A stretch of DNA of 64,000 nt from Octopus sinensis (lineage: Eukaryota). Location: positions 32,426,001-32,490,000 of the forward strand of contig NC_043016.1 of assembly GCF_006345805.1 (NCBI RefSeq), in the 5' to 3' direction. Under the pieces are notes generated by a model. That model saw only the letters and a list, made by a program, of their open reading frames with translations, did not search any database and had not been told where the DNA came from. Both the position numbers and the translations under genes were made by a program. This document shows, piece by piece, positions 51,731 through 64,000 of the stretch (the stretch's first letter is position 1; the number at the start of each line of letters is the position of its first letter).

Positions 51731-53695
51731 ATGATTTAACCTTCATCAAATCACAAAGAGATTGCTGACTGTTCATTGTGGAGGTCAGAAAACCTCCATT
51801 TCTGTAGTTTCCTCACATTTAACATGTTGGTTCCCAGGGCATCATGGTGGTTACATTTACACAATCCGCATGACCCTCATGACTGAGAATTAATATAGCC
51901 AACATTACATTACTCATTGTGTTCTTTTCTTTTCTCTGAGATGTTAGTATGTGGTTTGAGGTAGATTTAGCTGCTATTTCTAGTACGTCTAGTGATTTGC
52001 CTCTCTAGAAACCCTCTTGTCAATTCTTTGATGCCATGTCATTACCATTTCTGTTTACCGATTGTTCTTGCTGAATGCCTCTCACTCCATTCTTATCAAA
52101 ATTTATTTGGGAACAGATCTATGATGATGATGATGATGATGATGATAGTAATAATGATGACAATGATGATGTTGACGGTGGTGGTGGAAGTGGTTGAAGT
52201 GTTAGCAGCAGTGGTGATGTTGATGATGGTGGTGGTGGTGGTTGTGGTGGTGATGGAAGTGGTGGTGAGGGTAAATGATGATGGTGGCAGTGATGATGAG
52301 AAGAGAAGGAGAAAGAAGATGAAGAGAACAAAGAGGAGGTGAATGAAGAGGAGGTGAATGAAGAGGAGGGAACGAGGAAAGGATGAAGAAAAGGAGAAAG
52401 AGGTGGAGAAGGAGGCGGGGAAGGAGAAAGAGGTGGAGAAGGAGGCGGGGAAGGAGAAAGAGGAGGAGAAGGCTGTAGAGTGATATAATTTAGTAAACAC
52501 ATGTGTATTATTAGACAATGTTTTTTTTTCTAAAGCCTAATTGCAGGTAGATAGGTAGGCAGGTAGGTCGGTGTGCAGGTATGTAGGTAAGTAGATGGGT
52601 ATGTAGGTAGGTAAGCAGATATGCAGGTAGGGAGGTAAGTAAGTAGGTGTCCTGTTTGGAAGACCTACCTAAATTCAATACAACATTTCTGTAAAGGCTT
52701 TCACAACTCGTTAATTACTTAATTAAAGGTAATCCCTTGATCCAAGAAAGACAGTTCTGTAGTTTCTTGATAAACAACTTGCACAAGATGATCTGATTAT
52801 AATGATCAAATGTTTGTGCCGTGCATCAGCTCAATCCCCATCTGGGAATCGAACCCTTGATCTCTCTATTGTAAGTGCAACACACGAACTGTTAGGTCAT
52901 GCATCCTCTCACATAAATTCATAGTTGCTTGTGAAAAAAAAAAAAATGGAATTTCACAAATTCTTGCTTGTTATGATATTATTCTTTCCTACGATTCTCT
53001 CATTAGTTGCAGCCATTGAAATGTGGTCATCTGATACTGATTTTAGTAAGATCTGTTTGCCAAACTGCTAAGTTAAGAGATATGAGGTGCTTAGACACAG
53101 ACACGCACACACACACACCACACACACACACCACCACACCACACACACACACACCACACACACAACACACACACCACACACACACACACATGCACATACA
53201 TACACACTAACATTCCCACACTAACAGTAAAAAAATCAATAAATAAAGTATATAAATAAATAATATATGCAATGCTGAAGATACATTCTTTCACTGTATT
53301 AATAACAGTTTCTATTTTAGGCACAAGCCCGGCAATTTTGGGGGGTGGGGTGGGATGAGCAGGGTAAGTCATTACTCTCAACCCCTAAGTACTTTATTTT
53401 ATCAACCCTAAAAAATTGAAAAACAAAGTTGACCTTAGTGAGATTTGAACTCACAATGTAAAGTGTCACAATAAAATACTACAGGGCCTCCCTCCCCCAA
53501 CAATCTAAACACAGTGTCTCTCGATTAGGGGTCCTAGGGGTCCGTGTAAGATTTTGTTGTTAATCTTTATCTGCAATAAATTGTTTATACTTCTATAATA
53601 CACAAAATAATCTAACAATTTTTTTTATATATAATTCCTAATAAAATGGTAAAGACTCTCTTTGGTCATGAATGGTTCAAAATTTGAACTCACTA

Positions 53696-53795
53696 NNNNN
53701 NNNNNNNNNNNNNNNNNNNNNNNNNNNNNNNNNNNNNNNNNNNNNNNNNNNNNNNNNNNNNNNNNNNNNNNNNNNNNNNNNNNNNNNNNNNNNNN
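53696..53795. other. Assembly gap (100 N)
   Basis: Run of N. Confidence 1.
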
Positions 53796-55203
53796 ATTTT
53801 TTTAATTATTAAAAACTGTTATGCCTAAGTACAATTCAATTCAAACATGTACAATGTATATTCTTTCACATGCTTCAGTAAAAGGAGTACCACCTTTAGT
53901 TGGACAAATTGACCCCAGGACTTATTCTCTGTAAGCCTAGTATTTATTCTATCAATTTCTTGTACTGAATTGCTAATTTACGGGGACGTAAACACATCAA
54001 CATTGGTTGTCAAGCAATGGTGGGAGGACAAACACAAACACACAAACATACACACACACACGTGAGTGTGTACACATGATGGCTTGTTTCAATTTCCATC
54101 TACCAAATCCACTCACAAGGCTTAGGTTGGCCTGAGGCTATAGTAGAAGACACTTACCCAAGGTGCCACACAGTGGGACTGAACCCAGAACCATGCCGTT
54201 GGGAAGCAAGCTTCTTACCACACAGCCACACCTGCACCATATTTTTGGGCATTTAATATAAAAATTTTAAGTTTCAGTTCTATGTTCCAAATTTTTGGCC
54301 ATGACAAGTTAATGTTAACTTGTTAATGTAGCAAGAATTAAAAGCCACATTCATCTCTATCATCTTCATTAACATCATTGCTACATTCATCATTGTCCGC
54401 TTTTCCATGCTTGCATGTCATGGAGAATCCCTCTCCAACACATTGTTTATCTACTTGTTGCATTCCTTCGTTCATCTCCTTTGACATGGTCAATATCCCA
54501 AAATCAACTTCTTTCACCTACGGCACCTCATACAGGTCTCCTGGGCACTTCTTTCTTTACCTGTCCATCATCATATACAATGCATTACATCATCATCACC
54601 ATCATCATCACCATTGTCATCGTCATCAATATCATCACCATCATCATCATCATCATTGTCATCATCAACATCATCACCATCATCATTGTCATCAACATCA
54701 TCATCACCATCATCATCACCATCATCATCATCGTCGTAGTCGTCGTCATTATCATCATCATCATCATCATCATCGTCATCATCCTTTAGCATCCGTTTTC
54801 CATGCTGGCATGAGTTGACTGAAGGGACACAAACTTGTGACCCATGGATTAAAAGTCTGATGCTCTACCGACTGAACTATGCAAGGTGAATAATTACATG
54901 TCCCTACCAATACACTCATTGTTTTTTTTTTTTCTTTTTTACTCTAAAACTGCTTCCTCTTACGCATAGTTTCTCTCTCTCTCTCTCTGCTCATCTGCAC
55001 GACATTGCTGATACACACAAACACAACACATACAGCCGAGCATTCCTGCTTCATTTCTTTCCAATCTTCACATCCTCTGCATTCATCCTCTTCATACATT
55101 TTATTACCGTACATCACATTTTGTGCACAAGCAGCATATAATCTACCCTTCACTCAAACAGAATTCCGTTGTTATAACCGGCAAAAGGAAGAGCTCCTCG
55201 AAC

Positions 55204-55465
55204 CTTCTTCTTCTTCTTCTTCTTCTTCATCTTCTTCTACTTCTCCTCCTTCATCTTCTCCTCCTTCATTTTCTTCATCTTCTTCTTCTTCTTCTTCTTC
55301 TTCTTCTTCTCCTTCATCTTCTTCTTCTTCTTCTTCTTCTTCTCCTCCTCCTTCATCTTCTTCTTCATCTTCTTCTTCTTCTTCTTCTTCTTCTTCTTCT
55401 TCTTCTCCTTCATCTTCTTCTTCTTCTTCTTCTTCTTTTTCTTCTCCTCCTCCTTCATCTCTTCT

Positions 55466-55497
<32 letters not shown>

Positions 55498-55698
55498 TTC
55501 TCCTCCTTCCTCTTCTTCTTCTTCTTCTTCTTCTTCCCCTTCTTCTTCTTCTCCTCCTTCATCTTCTTCTTCTTCTTCTTCTTCTTCTTCTTCTTCTTCT
55601 TCTTCTTCTTCTTTTTCTTCTCCTCCTTCATCTTCTTCTTCCTCTTCCTCTTCTTCTTCTTCTTCTTCTTCTTCTTCTTCTTTTTCTTCTTCTTCTTC
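55204..55698. repeat. About 0.5-kb (CTT)n/(CCT) homopyrimidine microsatellite
   Basis: Direct reading; source of the poly-S/L/F/K ORFs. Confidence 0.95.
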
Positions 55699-56058
55699 AT
55701 ACTACTACTACTACTACGACAACGACGACGGCACTTTCTGAACACTCTCCTCAACAGGGTTCATTATATCACCTCGGCAATAGAAACTATTGGTGATTTT
55801 TATCAAGGCCTTCTGAGCACTGCAAGAAAATTTATTTTACTGGTGCTTTTGCTGCTTAACTATTCTTGTGTATCTACCCACATCAAAAAATCTAATTAAA
55901 AATATTTCTATGGTGAGAAGAAGACAATAAGATAATATTAGCTAAGTGACTTTTGGTGATATTATTAAATTACACACCACACACACACACATGTATATAT
56001 GCATATACTTATACATACACACACATATGCATATTTATGTATAGTGTATATATTAGAC

Positions 56059-56093
<35 letters not shown>

Positions 56094-56170
56094 GATGATG
56101 ATGATGATGATGATATATATATATACATATATATACATACATTATATACATATATATATATACATATATT

Positions 56171-56251
<81 letters not shown>

Positions 56252-56724
56252 CACACACACACACAATATCTATACAGGGTGACCAAAAGTTACACACTAT
56301 AACATTTGACATTTTATTTATATTATGTTGTTATTATTATTATCTTTTCATTATGCTAATCATGTTCAGGTACATGTGTATTCATCATTATTTTATTGAA
56401 TTTTAGAAAAATTGAAGCATATCCTTGACCATTCCAGCACATATTAAACACTTATCTTGTCCACACTGTGTGTGTGTGTATACATATTTATATTATATAT
56501 ATATATATATAATATATATATATATTATATATATATATATTTATATAGTATTAAGAGACAGAACCTCCATTAAGTAATTCAATTAATAATGAAAGATATT
56601 ATCTCCAATAAAATATAAATTAAATATATTGTTATTAATAATTGTACTAAAAATTTCTATACTAAATAATACACATTAAAAAAATACACATAATATATAT
56701 ATATATATAATATATACACACACA

Positions 56725-56778
<54 letters not shown>

Positions 56779-56779
<1 letters not shown>

Positions 56780-56916
56780 TTATTTAAAGCAGCAGAAAAT
56801 TCAACAAAATCTGTTACTCTGAGTTTCTCGTTGCCGTTCATCAGACAGCATATTACTCTACCACGGTATTTGAGTACTCTTTTTTCCACCTTGTTTCACA
56901 TTTATGTGTTTACTCC

Positions 56917-56919
<3 letters not shown>
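56779..56919 (-). mobile_element. About 140-bp non-coding insert in (TA)n carrying a hammerhead
   Basis: Unique sequence bounded on both sides by long (TA)n. Confidence 0.75.
56811..56848 (-). ncRNA. Minimal type I hammerhead ribozyme
   Basis: The minus strand reads CTGT-CTGATGA-A CG GCAA CG A-GAAA-CTCAGAG-TA-ACAG: 4-bp stem I, GNRA-capped stem II, near-palindromic stem III, GTA triplet. Confidence 0.82.
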
Positions 56920-56986
<67 letters not shown>

Positions 56987-58117
56987 TATACACACACTCA
57001 TGCACACAAAACACTCACACACACACACACACACAACACTGACAAATAGACAGACAGATAATAGGCAGATAGATAAAGAGAGAAAGATTATAACAAGCTT
57101 CTGCACAGTTCTCATTCTTCCAAATTCATTCGCAAGGCATTGTTTGGCCCAAGGCAATAAAAGAAGTTACTTGCCCAAGGTGCCACACAATAGGATTGAA
57201 CTCCAAACCATGCAGCTGCAAAGTAAATGTCTTAACCAGACAGCCATGATGGTGATGATGATTGTGGTGATGATTATGGTGGTGGTGGTGGTGGTGGTGG
57301 TGGTGGTGGTGGTAATGATGATGTTGGTGTTGATTCTGATGACAATGATGATGATGTTCATGAAGACAATGATGATGATGGTGATGATGATGATGATATT
57401 ATTGCTGCTTTACTTCATGATAGCTCTGATCAAACCAACTCATATACAAATAGTTGTAACACAACATAAACAATCATGATAAAGCATGCATAAATGTAAT
57501 ATATCTTATATCCTCATAATGATAAAGCACATATAGTTGTAATACATTGTATATTGTTATGCTGCATTATTTGTTGGCAACAAAAACTGCTCATATGTTG
57601 TTTAATGTGGCTTTCCTTTAACAATGGTGTGGAATTTGTAGAAAATTTGGTTGCTATTTCTAACAGGCTGAATGATAGGACCTAGTTGAATCACTGGGAT
57701 AGTTATTGATATTTAGCCCTAAGTTCTCCCTGATCAAGCAAGCCTGTGAGCAAAAGTATTCCAGATCATCATCCCCACCACCATCACCATCACCACTGCC
57801 ACCACCACCACCATCATCATCATCATTTAACATCCACATTTCCATTCTTGTGTGGATCAGACAGAACCTGTTATGGCAGATTTTTTAAGTCTGGGTGCCC
57901 TTCTTGATGCCAGTCCTGTTTCCAAGTGACCAGACATATTTTCCATTGAAGAATGGAAACAGATGATGCTCATTTGCAACCATCATATGATATCAAAACA
58001 TGGACACACACACACACACACATATGCCATCTTTTATTGAGTCACAATGTATGTAGAGTTATGGAGGTGCAATGGTCCAGTGGGTAGGGCAGCGGACTTA
58101 TGGTTGTAGGATCGCAG

Positions 58118-58343
58118 CGAGCTGGCAGAAATGTTAGCACGCTGGACGAAATGCTTAGCGGTATTTCGTCTGTCTTTACGTTCTGAGTTCAAATTCCGCC
58201 GAGGTCGACTTTGCCTTTCATCCTTTCGGGGTCGATAAATTAAGTACCAGATACGCACTGGGGTCGATGTAATCGACTTAATACCTATGTCTGTTCTTGT
58301 TTGTCCCCTCTACGTTTAGCCCCTTGTGGGTAATAAAGAAATA
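58118..58343 (+). mobile_element. Young SINE family B inserted into the head of a family C SINE (about 58060-58690), with 16-bp TSD
   Basis: ggttgtaggatcgcag at 58102-17 and 58344-59. Confidence 0.9.
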
Positions 58344-61300
58344 GGTTGTAGGATCGCAGTTTCGATTCTCAGACTGGGCATTACAAGTGTTTATTGAGCA
58401 AAAATACCTAAAGCTCCACGTAGCTCTGGCAGGGGGTGATGGTGAACCCTGCTGTACTCTTTCACCACAAATTTCTCTCACTCTTTCTTCCTGTTTCTGT
58501 TGTCCCTGTATTTCAAAGGGCCAGCCTTGTCACACTCTGTGTCACACTGAATCTCCCTGAGAACTACATTAAGGATACACATGTCTGTGGAGTACTCAGC
58601 CACTTGCATGTTGATTCCACAAGCAGGCTGTTCCATTGATCAGATCAACTGGAACCCTTGTCGTCATAACTGACGGAGTGCCAAGATGTAGAGTTACGTT
58701 ATATAACGTGCCCTTCATCTATCAAGACATTTGAAAATTTTTTACTTAGTATTTCTAGCAGATCAAGTAAATCCTTACAGGAAACCCTGTTGCATGATGG
58801 GGTTACTGTTATTGTTTGTTTCAGGTCAATTCCAAACCAGCAGACATATGATCATAAACATTCCAATCGTGACCATCCTGCCGTTTTGAAAAGGGTCAGG
58901 TGGAGGAGGAAATATACAGAGGGGGGGGGGACAATATGGTCCAGTGTCTACTTCTTATGTGAGATGGTAAATTGTGATGCGAGGGAGATTTCGCTGCTGT
59001 TTCTAGTGAGTCAAGTATCCAAGCAAGTATATAGTTACTCCAAGAGAGGTACTGCTCTTTGCTAGTGTTGATTAGTCTCGGTGTTATTGTTGTTGTACAG
59101 CTTTATTTTAGAAACTTTTGATGTGTAGTCTTTTAATCATGAGCGACATACAAACCACAAACAAACAAACAAACAGACAAAAAAGAAAGTAAAAGAAAAG
59201 AAAAGCATTTAATAAATTCACCATTATTGGAAACAGCAGCAGCAGCACATCCATGTTCACCACTACCACCACCATCATAATCACCACTATCATATTCACC
59301 ACAGCCATCACCACCGCTAACACCATCACCAACACCACTACCATCACCATCACCAAAACCTCCACCACCAGCAGTACCACTATCATTGTCATCGTCATCA
59401 TCATTATCATCATCATCATCATCACTACCACCACCACCACCACCTCCTCCACCACAACCACTTTCATTTTGGAGAGAGGAAAAGATGAAGAGTAACAATG
59501 ATTAACAAAAACAGCCAAAATTAAGAAGAAAAAAAAGTATTCAGATGAAAGAGAGAGAGAGAGAGAGAAAGAGAAAGACAGAGAAAAAGAGAGAGAGAGA
59601 GAGAGGGGGAAGGGTGAAAGGTAAGAAAAAGAGAGTGAAGAAATAGAATAGAGAGGGATGGAGGGAGGGAGAGAAATTTAATGAAGATAAAGAAAGGAAG
59701 AATGAGAGAGAGAGAGAGAGAGATAAGTAAAGGAAAACAGAAAGATTATGATGACAAGTGATGGTGTTGTCTTTTCAAAAACCAAAAACACAAGAGCTGC
59801 TACTACCACCGAACAACCACCACTATAACAATGTCAACAATAACCACTATCAGCCATACTACCTTCTATGTTGTCTTCTCTAATAACATTATCATGATAT
59901 GATCATTGGCATTATGGTTAGCACTTGTATCTCCAACATGACCACCAATGACGATAATGCCACCACCACAATTACTACTACCACCACCACCACCACCACT
60001 AACATAACAGCCATCACAACCGTAACCGCGACCACCACAATCACCACCACCATCATCACATTTGCCATCACCACAAAAACAACCACCACAACCATACATC
60101 TACCACCAACACCATCACATACGCCATCACTATCTCCACCACCACCACCATCACCGCCATGTTCACCACCACTCCCTCTACCATCACCACCACTACCATA
60201 ACCATCACCACAGCTACATTCACCACAACCAACAACACTGGAGTCGATTTGATCATGTGATCGACTATCCCCTTCCCTACAAAATCCAGGCCTTGTGCCT
60301 CTCGTAGAAAGGATTAATACCATCACCATCACCATTGCTACATTTATCACCACCATGTTCATCCCCACCATGACCACCACCATTAATTGCTGTCAACAAT
60401 ATAAGGAGCAAATGTCTACATGAGTCATTCCTCCTGCAAGAAATAGCAACTAAATTTGCTTGAAATTACACTTCCACCATTTCCGAAACGAAGAATGCAT
60501 TAGGTAATGTAAGCCTGGGTGCATGGTATACTCTTTTACTCGTTTCAGTCATTTGACTGCGGCCATGCTGGAGCACCGCCTTTAGTCGAGGAAATTGACC
60601 CCAGGACTTATTCTTTGTAAACCTAGTACTTATTCTATCGGTCTCTTTCGTTGAACTGCTAAGTTACGGGGACGTAAACACACCAGTATCGGTTGTCAAG
60701 TGATGTTGGACAGACAAACACAGACACAGAAATATATACACACACACACACATATATATACATATATATGACAGGCTTCTTTTAGTTTCCATCTACCAAA
60801 TCCACTCACCAGGCTTTGGTCGGCCTGAGGCTATAGTAGAAGACACTTGCCCAAGGTGCCATACAGTGGGACTGAACCCAGAACCATGTGGTTGGTAAGC
60901 AAGCTACTCACCACACAGCCACTCCTACGCCTAGGATAAAATAAAAGGCAGGATGGTCATGGCTAGATTGCCTTTGATCATGAGATACTTTCAATCAGGG
61001 TGAGCTGACCTGTGTACAAACAACAGCGACAGCAGCAAAAACATAAAAATCATCATAACAAGAGAAAAAAACAAAATAGGAAAACAAACCTTCCAATAAA
61101 TAAATAAATAAAGCATAATGATGTTTGACTATGAAGCTGTCTTCATCAATTACTTTAGATTAGAGAGGCAAAGAAGAACCTTTTAACAGGAGTCACTCAA
61201 CTTGCTAGAGACAGTAATCAAATCTCCTTCATATCATTCACAACTGTCTTCAAAAAAAATTAGAGTCAAGACAAATGAGATAATGTAGTCTTGGTACTCT

Positions 61301-61959
61301 ATATTTGGTGTAAAGTCCAACCCTCACCTCAATATGGTGCAGCTGGTAGAAGAAACACTGGATCAAATTTCCAATAGGCTGACAAAGGCTCTCGTGAAGA
61401 TAGTGGTGCTAATCATCCACTGTTGGATTCTTGCTGATTATGAAATAAAACAAGGTAAGATCAAACATTGGTGGTCACATCAGAATAGACATGAACTTGT
61501 CACAATGCTGCTGGCATGTAAAAAGCACCATTTGAGCATGATCATTACCAGCGTTGCCTACTGGCACTTGTACCGGTGGCACGTGAAAAAACATTCAAGC
61601 GAGGTTGTTGCCAGTGCCACTGGACTGGCTCCTGGACAGTTGGCACATAAAAAGAACACCATTTGAGCATGGCCGTTGCCAGTACCACCTGACTGGCCCT
61701 CATGCCGGTGGCATGTAAAAGCACCCACTACACTCTCAGAGTAGTTGGCATTAGGAAGGGTATCCAGCTGTAGAAACTCTGCCAGATCAAGATTGGGAGC
61801 CTGGTGCAGCCATCTGGTTCGCCAGGCCTCAGTCAAATCATCCAACCCATGCTAGCATGGAAAGCGGGCGTTAAACGATCATGATGATGATGATGATAAT
61901 TATGATTGTCAACATGAAGCTATCACACCAAAGCCATTTCAGACATGTGAATGCAGATG

Positions 61960-64000
61960 CCCTCATTTATCTTCTCAACTTACAATATCTGAACACTATT
62001 GAAGTGGGGTCAATTTGCTCAATTGACATGCGAAGCTAAGAAGCAGTCGATTGACATTATAGGCATACAGGAACATAGATGGAAAGGGCCAGAAGACTTT
62101 AACACTAAGAACGCTCAAGACAGAACATGGGTGTTGTGTTATTCTAATGCAGATGCAAGAAGTAATGGTGGAGTTGGAATTCTTGTCCATAAGCACTTTT
62201 ATAAGTTTATATCATCAGTTAAAAACCATGTTGGTTGAATTATTCAGGCAACTATCCAATGAAATCCATGACTGCAAATATCTGCAGGTTATGCGCCAAC
62301 AGAAATTGCATATGATGAAGATAAAGACCGATTCTATGACCAGCTTACAAAAGCATGCAAAACTTGCCCTAAGTATGACATAATAGTCTTCTTTGGAGAT
62401 ATTAATGCACAAATTGGCCACAATAGTCAAGGCATAGCAGTCAGAAATATACATATCATGAAGTCTCAAATGATGATGGAAGTAAATGTGCTAAATTCTG
62501 TTCATGCAGCAATCTAAAAGATTTGCAATCCCATTTCAAGCACAAGAATGACAGAAAGTGGTGCTGGATGCATCCCAGTGAGTATAAAAGGGAGTTGAAC
62601 CATATTGCTGTGACAGAGAAGTGGATGGACTCATTCACTAACTGCTGTGCCTATTCAAAAGTGGAACTAAATTCTGACCATAAAATTGTTTCCTGCCACT
62701 TCCAATTGGAATTTAGTTGACGAGCACTGGAATTCAAGAAGCATACGACATTCAACTGGATGATACTGCCAAATGACAATGAGAAAAGGACAAATTTCCA
62801 AACCAAATTAAACTCTGCCCTCACTGAGAATCTCAGTAGCAATAATGGCATAAGCACTGACGAAATGAACAATGTTTTAATATCAACCATTACAAAAACC
62901 GCAGAGGAAACAATTGGCAAGCGGAATCCTAATAGTAAAAACTCACCATGGGCTTCAGAGGTTGCATTGGAACTGATAGATAATTGCCATAATTTGTAAA
63001 TGAAATACCTCAAACAGAATGAATCTCATAGAAATGTCATCAATGCCAACCATTTACTCTTTTACTTGTTTCAGTCATTTGACTGTGGCCATGCTGGAGC
63101 ACCGCCTTTAGTCAAGTGAATCGACCCCAGGACTTATTCTTTGTAAGCCTAGTACTTATTCTATCAGTCTCTTTTGCTGTACTGCTAAGATATGGGGATG
63201 TAAACACACCAGCATTGGTTGTCAAGTGATATTGGAGGGACAAACATAGACACACAAACATGCACACGCACTCATGCATATATATATACATATATACAAC
63301 AGGCTTCTTCCAGTTTCCGTCTACCAAATCCACTCACAAGGCTTTGGTCGACCCAAGGCTATAGTAGAATGCACTTGCCCAAGGTGCCGTGCAGTGGGAC
63401 TGAACCCGGAACCATGTGGTTGGTAAGCAAGCTACTTACCACACAACCACTCCTGCACCTTACAAGCAAAACAGAGAATGATGCATGCTAAGCATCTGCA
63501 AGAAAATTGGATCCTTTGATTATGACCTGCTGACACAAAGAGGCTTACAGAGTGATAAGAATGCTGAGGAAAAGAATCCAACAGCAAGGTATTCAACAAA
63601 TTTGCAATGAGCATGTTAGGGAATGCAAGCTGAAAAGTTATCACGCAGTAACTCAGGGTTCAACAATGCACACAAAGTGTCCACTGAAAATTTCAAGATG
63701 TCTGAACTGCTTGTTGTACTCAAGGAGGCATCAAATGGCAAAGCAGCTGGTACAAAATTCAGTCTTGTAAACAAATCACTCAAATATGGGGGAAAAACAC
63801 CTCAAGCAGCATTCATCAACACATGCAACAAGGTTCTCTTAACAAGTGTGCCTCCTAGTGAATGGAGGTCATCAATCAAGGTACCACCATCTGTTCAAAG
63901 CTACGGTTACACACAGCAGCCATTGAAACCTGAAGAAACAAGACCCCTTTCATCAGTTTTTTCTGGGTGTTTGGTCTTGAAAACCTTTTGTAACTGCCTC
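61960..64000 (+). mobile_element. Decayed LINE ORF: APE endonuclease and start of RT (RTE-like), interrupted by a SINE at about 63050-63460
   Basis: IDIIGIQEHRW, GGVGILV, YAPTE...DKDRFYDQL, GDINAQIG, ELNHIAV...NSDHKIV, then KAAG...EWRSSI. Confidence 0.85.

Noticed and set aside
6172-60383. Numerous poly-T/V/L/S/K/H/YI/CV ORFs in the track
   Set aside because: All derive from di-, tri- or tetranucleotide microsatellites.
1612-63460. tRNA genes
   Set aside because: The tRNA-like A/B boxes are SINE heads that continue into SINE bodies; no complete cloverleaf seen.
31855-63960. Isolated CTGANGA matches (about 31858-, 38745-, 46530-, 46698+, 49704+, 63950-)
   Set aside because: No correctly placed GAAA, stem III/NUH or stem I.

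Overview
AT-rich, repeat-saturated eukaryotic DNA with two 100-N gaps. It is animal sequence, and the SINE/microsatellite landscape looks like an octopod cephalopod (inference, not verified). I find no supportable intact protein-coding gene, RNA gene or CRISPR array. Nearly all track ORFs are microsatellite or minisatellite read-throughs or decayed transposon fragments. The window holds tRNA-derived SINEs; RTE, R4/Dong-like, CR1/L2-like and Penelope-like retroelement remnants; mariner/maT, hAT and pogo-like elements; and non-autonomous Helitrons. The main result comes from reading both strands. Several unrelated small non-coding elements carry type I hammerhead ribozyme (HHR) folds. Six look structurally complete (5.7 kb on both strands, 9.8 kb, 50.9 kb, 51.2 kb, 56.8 kb minus) and several more are decayed. 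They occur as head-to-tail 338-bp units, as large palindromes, or as short inserts in (TA)n. One palindromic copy of the 338-bp family ends at the predicted self-cleavage site, and a decayed Penelope GIY-YIG endonuclease lies at 18.5-18.9 kb. Together this suggests a retrozyme / non-autonomous Penelope-like system that could produce ribozyme-processed, possibly circular, RNA. All folds were done by eye and none has been tested.
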